DNA of 64,000 nucleotides from Octopus vulgaris (Eukaryota). The stretch's first letter is position 1; each line of letters starts with the position of its first letter. The notes beneath the pieces were generated by a model. The model was given only the letters and a program-made list of their open reading frames with translations. It made no database searches and was not told where the DNA came from. The stretch covers positions 131,564,001 to 131,628,000 of the forward strand of contig OX597814.1 in the NCBI GenBank assembly GCA_951406725.2, in the 5' to 3' direction. Shown here in pieces: positions 51,164-64,000 of this stretch. The position numbers were made by a program, and so were the translations under genes.

Positions 51164-51199
<36 letters not shown>

Positions 51200-51569
51200 T
51201 GTATGTATGTATGTATATCAGAAATAATAGGTTATATAAATAGAAATAATTACAACTGTTTCAGATATGTGTGCCAATGCCACATAAAAACACCTGTGAT
51301 GGCGTCACATAACAAAGCACTCGTGCCAGCACCACATAAAAAGCACTAATATAGGTACCACAGAAATGCACTCAGTACACTCTGTAAAGTGTTTGGCATT
51401 AGGAAGGGCATCCAGCCATAGAAGCCATGCTAAAACAGACAATTGGAGCGTGGTGCAGCTTTCCAGCTGGCTAGTTCCTGTCAAACTGTCCAACCCATGC
51501 CAGCATGGGAAACAGACGTTAAATGGTGATAATGATTATATATATATATATTATATTATTCTACATATG

Positions 51570-51845
51570 GTGGAGGCACAATGGCCCAGTGGTTAGGGCA
51601 GCATACTCGCGTTGTGTGTTTATTGAGCGAAAACACCTTAAAGCTCTACGAGGCTCCGGCATTAGGTGATGACGACTCCTGTTGTACTCTCTTGCCCCAA
51701 CTTTCTCTCACTCTCTCTTCCTGTTTCTTGAGTAATGCTGCGATGGACTAGCATCCCGTCCAGCTGGGGGGAACACATACGCCACAGAAAACGGGAAACC
51801 AGGCCCATGAGCCTGGCTAGGCTTGAAAAGGGTGACATTTTAGTT
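51570..51845 (+). mobile_element. SINE family V, second copy
   Basis: Matches 15306-15616; flanked by the near-duplicate ttattc(t/c)acatatg. Confidence 0.78.
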
Positions 51846-53054
51846 TTATTCCACATATGTAATTCATGTTTGCTATTGGTACCCCTTTTCCACCTGCCTA
51901 TAACTGTAAGCAGGACAATTACCATATTTGTACATTTAATATACACTTTTTCTTGTGCATGCCCCCAACTAAATCCAAGATCAAACACAAAAACAATGAA
52001 AACTTTCCACTGTGTGAATCCTACAACATTGACTTCACAGCAAGTGCACTTTTATGATCAGCAACATAAAGTTCAAAAATCACTTTTGAATTTAGTTTTC
52101 ATTTTATTTAGGACACAAGAACATTTTTCAATGTATGTTACATTCAACAATTATAATAGATCTGATAATAAAAAATACTTCTTTTTTCCATATAAAGGAA
52201 AAACCAGTGAGGTATTTTTTTTTCTTTTACTGAGATGTCATTGACCATAATGGTATGCAAGTGTAGGTTACACATGAATAAATACAGTAATTCTACTTAC
52301 CTGACTGAACTAAAATACAGGTTTTCTATCATACTTCAGGCTTCAGTAGAGATATTCAACTGTTAAAAACAACTACTCCAACAAATAAAATGTCACCTAA
52401 TAAAATGTAGAAGAAGTATATAAAATATGATAAAATATGTGCGTGCGTGTGTGTATGTATGTGTGTGCATGTATATGTATGTGGATATGGATATGTGAGT
52501 ATGCATGCATGCATATATCTATCTATCTACATGTATATACACGAGTGTGTATGTACACACAAAGGTGGTGAGCTGGCAGAAACGTTAGCACGTTGGGCAA
52601 AATGCTTAGCGGTATTTCGTCTGTCGTTACGTTCTGAGTTCAAATTCCGCCGAGGTCGTCTTTGTCTTCCATCCTCTCAGGGATCGATAAACAAAGTACC
52701 AGTTACGCACTGGGTCGATGTAATCGACTTAATCCGTTTGTCTGTCCTTGTTTGTCCCCTCTATGTTTAGCCCCTATGTAAAAGAATGAGCATAAAAATT
52801 AATATTAATTAATATCAATTTAAACCAGTGGCCTAGCATACTTAAAAAACCCGAAGACTAAGAAATATATTACATACATATATAAGAGGAATAACCACCA
52901 AGGTGGATTCCTAATATGCTAGAAGAAGATGCTAAATTATCTTACCCTGAAGAATGTGTTCTCAAGAAATTTCAACCAGAATGTAAAATGAGTAAGGCAA
53001 ATGTAAAGATACAAAATTTGGTGATAGTGCTTTTTACGTATCTCCAGTCCAGGG

Positions 53055-53837
53055 GTCCTGGCATCTGCCAGGTGCCAGTCATAGGATTGGTTCAATTTCG
53101 ATTCCGATTTCGATTTCAATTTCACTTGCCCCAACAGGTCTTCGCAAGCAAAGGGGGGTAGGCATAGGTGCCTGTCGTCAGATGAGGTTCGATATCGACT
53201 TCGCTTGCCTCAACAGGTCTTTGTGTGTCCAAGGGAGGAAAGGCATGCATAAATGGGCTGGACTCACTTGTCCTGCCTGGTCTTTTCACACACAGCATAT
53301 TTCCAAAGTCCTCGGTCGCAGGTCATTTCCTCAGTGAGACCTAAAGTTCGAAGGTCGTGCTTCACCACCTTGTCCCAGGTTTTCCTGGGTCTACCTCTTC
53401 CATGGGTTCCCTCCACTGCTAGGGATTGGCACATTTTCACACACCTATCTTCATCCATTCTCGCCACATGACCATACCAGCGCAAACGTCTCTCTTGCAC
53501 ACCACAACTGATGCTCCTTAAGTCCAACATTTCTCTCAGGGTACTAACGCTCTGTCGAGCATGCACACTGACATTACACATCCATTGGAGCATACTGGCT
53601 TCATTTCTCGCGAGCTTACGCATGTCCTCAGCAGTCACGGCCCATGTTTCACTGCCATGTAGCATGGCTGTTCGTACATATGCATCATACAGTCTGCCTT
53701 TTACTCTGAGCGAGAGGCCTTTAATCACCAGCAGAGGTAAGAGCTCACTAAACTTTGCCCAGGCTATTCTTACTCTAGCCGTTACACTTTCAGTACACCC
53801 ACCCCCACTACTGACTTGGTCACCAAGATAACGGAAG

Positions 53838-53839
<2 letters not shown>
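53055..53839 (-). mobile_element. RTE-clade LINE fragment (end of RT, C-terminus, part of 3'UTR)
   Basis: SFRYLGD...ARVRIAWAKF...MLHGSETW...RLRWYGHVARM...GRGRPRKTW; open from 53839 to 53264. Confidence 0.92.
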
Positions 53840-53876
<37 letters not shown>

Positions 53877-54175
53877 CAAGTGATGGTGAGGGTGACCCTG
53901 GTAAATTGATGCTTGCAATAATACTTACCATTCCTAGTCTTATTTGACATTTGGTTTTCACTGTGGGATTGTTTCTCCATGTCAAACGTTACTCTTAAAC
54001 TTGAAGATCTTCGACACAAACGCAAGCTTTCAGAATTTTCAGTTTTTGAAATATCATCAATAATATTGCCAGTGTTAGAAACATACACACATATATATAT
54101 ACAGAATATATGCATAGACATACATATATGTTTATATATAAATATATATATATACACACACATGCACATAATATA

Positions 54176-55211
54176 TCTCTATATATAAAACTGAAATGCG
54201 TTTTTACCGCTTGGATCGCTTTCAATGCCACTACATCCCGTCCGATTCGCTCCAAAATTTACAGGGACATGTAGAATGAGGTGACGATGCTCGTGGGCTA
54301 CCTTAGAAATCCCTATCTTAAAAGGTGTGGTTACTAGGGGCCATCTTCCTCACTCACCCTATTTCCTCCTTTCCCTCTCTTACTCCTCTTCATAACTTTC
54401 AGAAGTCCACTACCGTTATTTAAAGTATCTGTCACTATCGCTATTTCCTTTCTTTTTCACTGACTCTGTTTCCTACCTTCCTATCACTTCGGCGGCGTTC
54501 TTTTAAGTATATGTCTGTCACCAACAAACAACACACGAGCATGAGAACAAATATTATGAATCAGATATTCTTGCGTTCATTTATATGTGTGTGTGTGTGT
54601 GTGTGTGTTCTATATATAAATATGTATATATAATGTATGTGTGTGTGTGTGTTCTATATTTAAATATGTATATATAATGTATGTGTGTGTGTGTGTGTTC
54701 TATATATAAATATGTATATATAATGTATGTGTGTGTGTGTGTGTGTTCTATATATAAATATGTATATATAATGTATGTGTGTGCGTGTGTGTGTTCTACA
54801 TATAAATATGTATATATAATGTATGTGTGTGTGTGTGTGTTCTATATATAAATATGTATATATAATGTATGTGTGTGTGTGTGTGTGTTCTATATATAAA
54901 TATGTATATATAATGTATATATACAAAGTGTATATATCTGTATTTATGTATATTAAACTTTTTCATACTTTTTCATAGTTATATATATTTTTAAACAAAT
55001 TATAAATATAATTTAATAATTTTTATTTTCAATTTAAATAATTTAAATTTTTCAATTTTATATTTTATATATTTTCTATATATTTTATATTTTATATATT
55101 TTATATTTTATATATTTTTCACTGTTTGATTTGCCTATTAGTGGTTTTATCTCTAATTTAATTTATACAGATATATATCTCATTTGTATACAATTGTATA
55201 TATAATGCGTG

Positions 55212-55243
<32 letters not shown>

Positions 55244-56257
55244 CACATATATATATATATAATGTGTGCATTACGTAGTCGGTCGATTCAGCTGAAAATA
55301 TGCTCACCTATGTTAAAAGTGCTGGCAAGTTTGCATGACAACTATTTTTTTCCTCAAATGAAAGGCGTCACCTCTAGAACAAAATTCCTCATCTTATAAA
55401 ATGTGGCCCCAGCAGACCCGAATGAAATCGGGTTATATTAACCAAAATGTGAAAAGGGGTCTAAATGGGGCTGGAAGGGGATTAAAATTTCAAGGAGCGG
55501 GTGTTTAGCAATTCTCTGTTACATCAAGCTAAAAAATTTGCACCAGCCTTTTAATCGTCAATGTGTTGCCGTCCATAATAAAGAAGTTTTGAATGCTTGC
55601 CATGGTGAGTCTACTGTCGTGAGAAAGAATCACTTCAAAACTTGGTGTTTACGAATTTTCTTTTACATCAAGTTCAAAATTTTACGCCAGCCATTAAACT
55701 GTCACTACGTTGCTGTCCGTTGTTAACAAATGCCAGCCATGGTGACTCTACTATCCTCAGATTCTATCCTTTCAAACTTTGGTTTCCAATATTTTATTAT
55801 TTTTATTCAGCTCGCAAGTTCGTCTGTCCCTTTTAAATGTTAGCGTTTTGCTGTCTGCCTTGAAGCAGACCTTTCCATTGCCACTGCCTCATATTTCTGA
55901 TTGATCTTTCTAAATATTTTATTTCTCAACTTACTCAAGATCTTCTGTTGTTTATAAATGGGAGAGAGATACATAAAGATAGAGAGTAAGAGAAAGCGAG
56001 GGAGAGTCCGAGAGAAAAGAAAAGTAAGAGAGTGAGAAAGTGAGAGAGAAAGGAGAGAGAAACAAATACGGAGAATCATCATCATCATCAACGTTTAACG
56101 TCCGTTTTCCGTGCTAGCACGGGTTGGACAGTGTGACCGGGGTCTGGGAAGCCAGGAGGCTGCACCAGGCTCCAGTCTGATCTGGCAGTGTTTCTACAGG
56201 TGGATGACCTTCCTAACGCCAACCACTCTGTGAGTGTAGTGGGTCACCTTCAGCTAG
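54176..56257 (+). mobile_element. Non-autonomous Helitron, ~2.08 kb, with composite interior
   Basis: A|TCtctatatataaa...cagCTAG|T. The joined flanks reproduce the uninterrupted duplicate at 56841-56961. Confidence 0.88.
54583..54920. repeat. Minisatellite, about 8 units of (GT)n-tctatatataaatatgtatatataatgtat
   Basis: Direct reading; lies inside the Helitron. Confidence 0.9.
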
Positions 56258-56736
56258 TATATGTATATATGTAACATATTACATATATCATACATACATC
56301 TTGCATGCATGCAAACACACACACATATACAAAAGACATACACAGACACATAGACCTACTGACATAAGTTGAAGGGTTTAATGGGCGCTGGTTAGCCAGA
56401 AGGCTGTAGCCAGCTTTGTGGCTGATAATAAGAGGCCAGAGTTTGATAGAGCCTTCATAATTTTCTTCAAATTGGTACATATTTTGCCATAAAAGGAAAA
56501 TGTTGCTATCAATTTATTTTATTCAAAGTAGGTAAGCTCTGCCTACCTTTCCTACCGAGGCAGCTTTATAAAAGCATATTACTCTACCTTTGGTATTTGA
56601 GTACTACTTTTTCCACCTTGCTTTGCATTTATGTGCTTAATTGTGTATGTACATGCATGTGTGCATGTATGTGTGTGTGTGTGTATATATATATACATAC
56701 AAATATAGATAGATTTATATATGTATATATACATAC

Positions 56737-56815
<79 letters not shown>

Positions 56816-57149
56816 TATATACACATACACATATATATATACAGAATATATACATAGACATACATATATGTTTATATATAAATATATATATATACACACA
56901 CATGCACATAATATATATATGTATATATGTAACATATTACATATATCATACATACATCTTGTAAGACTTATATCATACATTAATGGTGTTTTTACTTTGA
57001 CATTTCTGCAATATCTCGTTACCATATAAGTTGCAAAGAAGAATACAGTTAACTTCATTGTTTTATTGATTTCTGAAATTTTTGCTTTGATTAAATCAGA
57101 TATTCTGGTGTCATCCTAAGTATTAGAAAAAGATATATATATATATATG

Positions 57150-57180
<31 letters not shown>

Positions 57181-57184
57181 GCAT

Positions 57185-57229
<45 letters not shown>

Positions 57230-57239
57230 AATACAAAAT

Positions 57240-58148
57240 ATATATATATACACACATACTCACATACATTCATCGGACACACTGACACCCAGACATACAC
57301 ACAGACACACTCACACATCCACACACATACATACTTACGCACATACTCGCAGGCGCGCGCACACACGCGCTTGCGCCGGTTCGCGCACGCACACGCGCTG
57401 CATGCACCTCGCTCTTGGACCCGACGAGACCTCCCGCTCGTTTCTGGGACCGTCGCTTGTCGTTGGGTTTTCCCACGCCCGTATCCGCGGGACCACTCTT
57501 CCCCTCAGCTGGAGTCCTTTTTCCTTAACCCCCCCCTTTTTTGTTACACACACGCGCACACATATACACACATTGCTTAAATATATACATTACTCTTACA
57601 CACATTCAATCTACTCGCCATTAATACTACCACGACACTGGATACACACACACATTACTACTCAACACACGCTGGCACGCTACATACGCCCCCACCCCTT
57701 CCCCTCCCTCCCTTCCTCCTTCCTTTTTTTTTCTTACTTCTGACCACTGTCTGCTATGCCTACTACTGTCTCGCCCTACCTCACACGCCTACACACAGAC
57801 GCACACACTAACACATACATATATTTTTTGTTTTTTTATCTCGCCTCACACACACACATACACACACATCTGTTGCGTTACCAACCTTGTCTCCACTCTT
57901 TTGGCTTTAAAAACCTACTTTGCTCTTGTTATCGTAAACTTCCGCCTTTCACCATGTGTAACTCGTAAACACCAGTCGTTTTTTTCTCTATCTCCTGTTG
58001 CCCGCTTTGGGATCTTTCTTTCCTCTCTCTTCCTTCTTTATGTTTCCGACGAAGAGCTCCGCTCGAAACGTCATACCTTCCTGCTTCCATTTCCTGAGCG
58101 CCTATTAATAATAATACTGTAATTGTTCCATTGTTGTTGTTTTTTTGT
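57240..58148 (+). mobile_element. CpG-rich non-coding block ending in a minimal hammerhead (Penelope-like 3' region)
   Basis: Bounded by (TA)n; hammerhead-like motif at 58042-58076. Confidence 0.5.
58042..58076 (+). ncRNA. Minimal hammerhead, degenerate
   Basis: GTTT-CCGACGA-A-GAGC-tcc-GCTC-GAA-ACGT-C-ATAC, with a U4C change and a helix I mismatch. Confidence 0.55.
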
Positions 58149-58581
58149 TTTCCCGTTTGGATTAAAATTATATATATATTATATACATATAAATGTGTGT
58201 GTGTATATATATATACAGGAGTGGCTGTGTGGTAAGTAGCTTGCTTACCAACCACATGGTTCCGAGTTCAGTCCCACTGCATGGCACCTTGCGTAAGTGT
58301 CTTCTACTATAGCCTTGGTAGACAGAAACTGAAAGAAGCCCGTCGTATGTATATATATGTGTGTTTGTGTGTCTGTGTTTGTCCCCCCAACATCGCTTGA
58401 CAACTGATGCTGGTGTGTTTATGTCCCCGTAACTTAACAGTTTTGCAAAAGAGACCGATAAAATAAGTACTAGGCTTACAAAGAATAAGTCCTGGGGTCG
58501 ATTTGCTCGACTAAAGGCAGTGCTCCAGCATTGTCCCATTCAAATGACTGAAACAAGTAAAAGAGTAAAAAAGAGAGTATA

Positions 58582-58757
<176 letters not shown>

Positions 58758-59610
58758 CACACACACATATATATATACGCACCCAGACATATACATTCCA
58801 AGATGAATATAAAAGCAAAAATTATAATTTGATATCAAGAATATCAAATGTTTCTTTTCCCGTTTTTGTTTTTCATTTATTTATTTTATTTTATTTTATT
58901 TCACATCATTTTTATTTCAAGAATACTTGTCAGGAAATCATATATTGCATAATTCTCTCCTCGTTTTTTTATTTTTTTCCTTTTTAGAAATATTGTTATT
59001 TCTCTTTTTTTTTTTTGTTTGATTTTTTTTTTTTTTCTGAACGAATACATCAAGATTCTACTCAATATATGTACTGAAATTAACAATAATACATAAATAA
59101 TAAAATATGAATTATATCTTGAAGTTTTTTGTCTTTGCTCTTTGTTTGATGTGTTATTTTTGGCACCAATCTTGGAATCTGCAAAGGTTAAAAGCACTGT
59201 TCCATTCATTGCAAAAAATACATCACATAACTTTTGCAATAAGCAATGTTCTTTGCATCTGTTTGCATTTTCCACCCTAATATATATTGGTGAATGTATG
59301 GCTGTGTGGTTTAGAAGTTTGCTTTGGGGGGTTCAATCTCTGTGCGTGACAACTGAGATGGTTGTATAATCCTAGATTCCAAGTCAATGCTTTTGGCTTT
59401 CCATCAGAAATTTGCTGAACTGTGAAGAGCGAGAGGTCAACTGAAGACATAATTCAACAAGTTACAGTTTCACAAACACACACACACACACACACGATGT
59501 ACTGTAGTAACTATAAGTTTAGGAGAATCATTATGCAAATTTTTAACATTTGTGTAATTTTTACGGGTCTTGAAGCAAATGACAGAAGTAAACTGGTATT
59601 ATTTAGTCCT

Positions 59611-59942
59611 AGGCAAGATGGCTGAAACTTTAGCATGCCAGGTGAAATGCTTAATGGTATTTCATCTGCCTTTACGTTCTGAGTTCAAATTCCACCGAGG
59701 TCGACTTTGACTTTCATCCTTTTAGGGTCAATTAAATAAGTACCAGTTACGCACTGGGGTCGATATAATCGACTTAATCCGTTTGTCTGTCCTTGTTTGT
59801 CCTCTCTGTGTTTAGCCCCTTGTGGGTAGTAAAGAAATAGGTATTTCGTCTGCCCACTGGCGTCGATATAATCGACTTAATCCGTTTGTCTGTCCTTGTT
59901 TGTCCTCTCTGTGTTTAACCCCTTGTGGGTAGTAATGAAATA
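59611..59942 (+). mobile_element. SINE family A with duplicated/nested 3' part and 13-bp TSD
   Basis: ggtattatttagt on both sides; the tail occurs twice, separated by ggtatttcgtctgcc. Confidence 0.8.
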
Positions 59943-60330
59943 GGTATTATTTAGTAGTTGAAGGTGATCTGGCAGAAAAATTTGCATAGGTGTAGGAGTG
60001 GCTGTGTGGTAAGTAGCTTGCTTATGAACCACATGGTTCCCGCTTCAGTCCCACTGCATGGCACCTTGGGCAAGTGGCTTCTACTATAGCCTCAGGCCAA
60101 CGAAAGCCTTGTGAGTGGATTTGGTAGATGGAAACTGAAAGAAACTTGTCGTATATATGTATATATATATATATGTATGTGTGTGTATATGTTTGTGTGT
60201 CTGTGTTTGTCCCCCAACATCACTTGACAACTGATGCTGGTGTGTTTACGTCCCCGTAACTTAGCGGTTATATCCTCGTAACTTAGTGGTTTGGTAAGCA
60301 AGCTACTTACCACACAGCCACTCCTGCACC

Positions 60331-60361
<31 letters not shown>

Positions 60362-60389
60362 GTATATGTATATGTATATGTATATATAT

Positions 60390-60965
60390 CATCATCATCA
60401 TCATCATCATCATCGTTTAACGGCTACTTTCCATGCTAGCATGGGTTGGACGATTTTGACTGAGGGCTGGTGAACCAGATGGCTGCACCAGTCTCCAATC
60501 TTGATCTGGCAGAGTTTCTACTGCTGGATGCCCTTCCTAATGCCAACCACTCCAAGAGTGTAGTGGGTGCTTTTTATGTGCCACCGGCACGGAAGCCCTA
60601 CTAGCACAGGCTCAAGTGCCAGTATGGCGACGCAGGTAATGATCACACTTGAATGGTGCCTTTTATGTGCCACTGGCACGGAAGCCAGTTAGCCGCTCTG
60701 TCAACGATCACACTCGTATGGTGCTCTTTGCACCCCTCTGGTACAGATGCCAATCATCAAATTTGATTTTGATTTCGATTTCACTTGCCTCAACAGGTCT
60801 TCACAAGCAGAGTTTAGTGTCCAAAGAAGGAAAAGGTACACATAAGTGGGCTGGTTACGTCCCTGGCATAGGCCCCAGGTTATGGTCTCATTTGGCTTGC
60901 CGAGTCTTCTCAAGCACAGCATATTTCCAAAAGCCTCGGTCGCTAGTCATTTCCTTGGTGAGGCC
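60390..60965 (-). mobile_element. RTE LINE 3' end linking ORF end, 3'UTR repeats and (GAT)n tail
   Basis: GLTKEMTSDRGFWKYAVLEKTRQAK matches the end of the 53264 ORF and continues into the dispersed tail. Confidence 0.88.
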
Positions 60966-61038
<73 letters not shown>

Positions 61039-61143
61039 ATCTGTAAATATAATATGTGACAATTATTTGGTAGCCCTGATAAAACTCTGAGTTTCAGATG
61101 TTTTATCATGGCTACCGAATAATTGTCACATATATCTACAGAT
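61039..61143. repeat. ~105-bp near-perfect palindrome
   Basis: atctgta..atatgtgacaattatttggtagccctgataaaactctga-gtt-tcagatgttttatcatggctaccgaataattgtcacatat..tacagat. Confidence 0.9.
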
Positions 61144-61208
61144 AAATTCCTCTATTTACATAATATCGAGGTCTCTTTCATTCTTTTGTTGTCTTGCCAT
61201 TTCTATCA

Positions 61209-61264
<56 letters not shown>

Positions 61265-61431
61265 TGTATGTGTGTGTGTGTGTATGGTGTGTGTGCAAAT
61301 ATATTTTCACTATGTTCTCAATTCTTTTTAAAATCGTTTTTATCTATATTCCTATACTTCGTTATATTATTATTATGTTTATACATTCCTATTAATATAT
61401 TTATATATCCATCTATATTTTTAATATTAAT

Positions 61432-62053
61432 ATAAGTTAAGTTAAGTTAATTTTTTGGCTCAAAAAGCAAAAAGCAAGGCCATGTAGGGGGACATGGAGT
61501 TATGTACAGGGAGGGTGGTCATACAAAGAGTTCAGGCCATTTCTGGTCAAGGGAGACTTTGAACTGAGCGGTCGTCGGCATCTTCACTATCTCGTCCAGC
61601 AGCTTATTCCACGGATCCGCAACCCGGACGGAGAAAGCCCCTCTCCTTCGATTGAGATGAAATCGTCGCAGATAGAGCTTTTCGGAGTGACCCCGCAGCC
61701 GACGCTCTGGAGCAGGAGTGAAGAACAGCTCTTTCGAGAGGTTACACTTTCCACTTATGATGTTGTGAGTAAGAATGAGATCACCACGGCGTCGTCGTCG
61801 TTTTTCTAGAGAATAAAGGTCGAGCGTCTTCAGCCTTTCTTCATAAGACAAATGCGTGAGGCCAAGAAACATGCGGGTAGCCAGCTTCTGGACTCTTTCG
61901 AGATGATGTATGTCTTTGAGGAGATAAAGAGAAGAGGCTTGAATACCGTACTCCATTATGGGTCTCACCAGCGTGACATAGAGCGGTAGGAATATGGCTG
62001 CTGTGAGCATTCCGAATGACCGTCGAATAAAAAACAGAACTCCGCGTGCTTTG
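61432..62053 (-). mobile_element. CR1-clade LINE 3' fragment
   Basis: LYVTLVRPIMEY, LERVQKLATR, LSYEERLKTLDLYSLEKRR.RGDLI, LRGH, FSVRVADPWN; (AACTT)n tail. Confidence 0.92.
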
Positions 62054-62675
62054 TATATTAACATATTAATATATGTTTTATTTTGGGCAATTTTTATCCT
62101 AATTAAATTCGTGCACGCATGTATTCATTGAAGTTTGCCTAACTTGAACATTTTCCATTTCATTTATCATACCTATCTAACGTCTCAGGTTCGACTTGAG
62201 CACTTCTATGCGGTCAATGTGCTTCGTTAGAAAAATTCAGCTATCATCATCATCATCATCGTTTAACGGCCGTTTCCACGCTAGCATGGTTTGGACAGAC
62301 GACCGGGGTCTGGGAAGCCAGGAGGCTGCACCAGGCTCCAGTCTAATCTGGCATTGTTTCTACAGCTGGATGTCTTTCCTAACGTCAACCACTCCGTGAG
62401 TGTAGTGGGTGCTTTTTACGTGCCACCGGCACAGGGGCCAGAGGGGGCTGGCAAACGGCCACGATCGGTTGGTACTTTTACGTGACACCGACACGGACGC
62501 CAGTCAGGGGGCGCTGGCATCTGCACGTTCGGACGGTGCTTTTAACGTGTCACCGGCACTGGTATCTTAACAACAATTTCCATAAATAATACATATACGC
62601 ACACACACACACAAACACACACACACACACATACATACATACATACATACATACATACATACATACATACATACA

Positions 62676-62756
<81 letters not shown>

Positions 62757-63205
62757 GAAGCTGTTTCTTTCTTTAAATTTTTTACAAGTACACCTTTACC
62801 TTAATTAGGAATCCGAAGAAACGTTTTTAAAAAAATGTGTTTTTTCAAGGTGAGGTGCGAAACTGCATTAGCCTCCCCCCCCCACTTCACTATACAGAAA
62901 AGTACAAGGAAACAAGTTTAGTGGGATGGGCACAATTGTATGGCTAAACCCACTTCCTGAATTCAAAACATCCGTTAAGAAAGTAACAAAGGCTATTTCG
63001 GTTCAGTTTGTGGTTATGAGCATGGGGTAGTGTAACTAGGTATGTGCGCACGCGTATGCCCTCGTGTTTGGGTGTGTGTGGGGGAACGTGCGTGAATAAA
63101 CTGGTATTCGCACTAAGTGTTCCCATTACTTCCGTATAGACGCGTATGTGCATGTGTATGTGTGTGTGCGTGAGTATGTGTGTGTGTGTACTGCATTATT
63201 GTTAG

Positions 63206-63244
<39 letters not shown>

Positions 63245-63508
63245 GTGTGTGTATTCCATACGTATGTGAATACACGCATATTTTCATTTCAAGCCTCTCC
63301 CATGGGGAAATCCCGCAATATCTTACAAATTTTCAATGTATCAAGAATCGACCTAAAGTACACTTAGTTTTCTTGCGGGAGGTGGGAAAACCCCAGCATT
63401 TCTAGGGTTTGATACAGCTCTGTGTGTATATATATATGTACGTATATGTATGTACGTATATGTATATGTATGTACGTATATATGTATATATGTAAGTATG
63501 TATGTATG

Positions 63509-63977
63509 TCTCTTCTATTTTTTTAATTATAAATCTTCCACCGAGGAGGGAGTCGGTTTCTAACAAAGATACAAGGCTCCATCTTTGGGATGTAGTTAAC
63601 ACAGACAAATTCACATTTAGAACTTGAGAAAAATCTTGCATATTTTTACTGTTCCACTCACAGATTGCACTTGTAAAGTTCGAATTAGCCGGTCGATTTC
63701 TCTTTCTGAAAATCCCAGTATATCCAGATTCTCCTTTCAGCATTTACTAACAAAACCTAGTGCTCCAATTATTATTAGGATGAATATGAATTCATAGTCT
63801 GAATATAGAAGCTGGAGGTTTCAAAGCAGTTGTCCATAGACATCCTCTTTTCCTTTGATTTTCAAAGAGATATTTATATCTGCAGGGCAGCTGGCCTCTA
63901 TGACGGTACATATCTTTGCCCTTCTGTCCAGAACAACAAAATCCGACATGTTATGTTTACATTTGACAGAAGTTTTG
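63509..63977 (-). mobile_element. R4/Dong-like RLE retrotransposon 3' fragment embedded in (CATA)n
   Basis: Minus strand KHNMSDFVVLDRRAKICTVIEASCPAD...KEDVYG...IIIGALG...GTVKICKIFLKF, stop at 63617; (TATG)n on both plus-strand flanks. Confidence 0.75.
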
Positions 63978-64000
63978 TATGTGTGTATGTATGTATGTAT

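Noticed and set aside
53264-54169. 301-aa ORF as one protein
   Set aside because: It is chance read-through of unique DNA and (TA)n into an RTE fragment; only 53264-53839 is coding-derived.

Overview
Eukaryotic, AT-rich, repeat-saturated DNA, most likely octopus (coleoid cephalopod) intergenic or intronic sequence. The taxon is inferred from the SINE families and a mollusc-type 5S rRNA copy. I could not support any host protein-coding exon. Nearly all ORFs in the track are microsatellite translations; the real protein motifs belong to decayed transposons (Tc1, mariner, hAT, RTE, CR1, R4/Dong-like RLE LINEs). Highlights: (i) several minimal type I hammerhead ribozymes in short microsatellite-embedded elements, including one with a compensatory G3-C8 core swap and two with very long helix II loops; (ii) a ~6.5 kb pile-up at 25.3-31.7 kb of about five R4/Dong-like families plus a ~550-bp non-coding partner element, all co-oriented in (TAA)n; (iii) a full-length 5S rRNA fused to the 3' tail of a tRNA-SINE, a candidate SINE3; (iv) a 100-bp snap-back palindrome at a retroelement 5' junction; (v) a Helitron whose empty site is preserved in a nearby duplicate; (vi) a multi-level nested-transposon stack; (vii) a dense two-strand cluster of ATTGAT/ATCAAT motifs. 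All alignments and counts were done by eye, and many boundaries are approximate.
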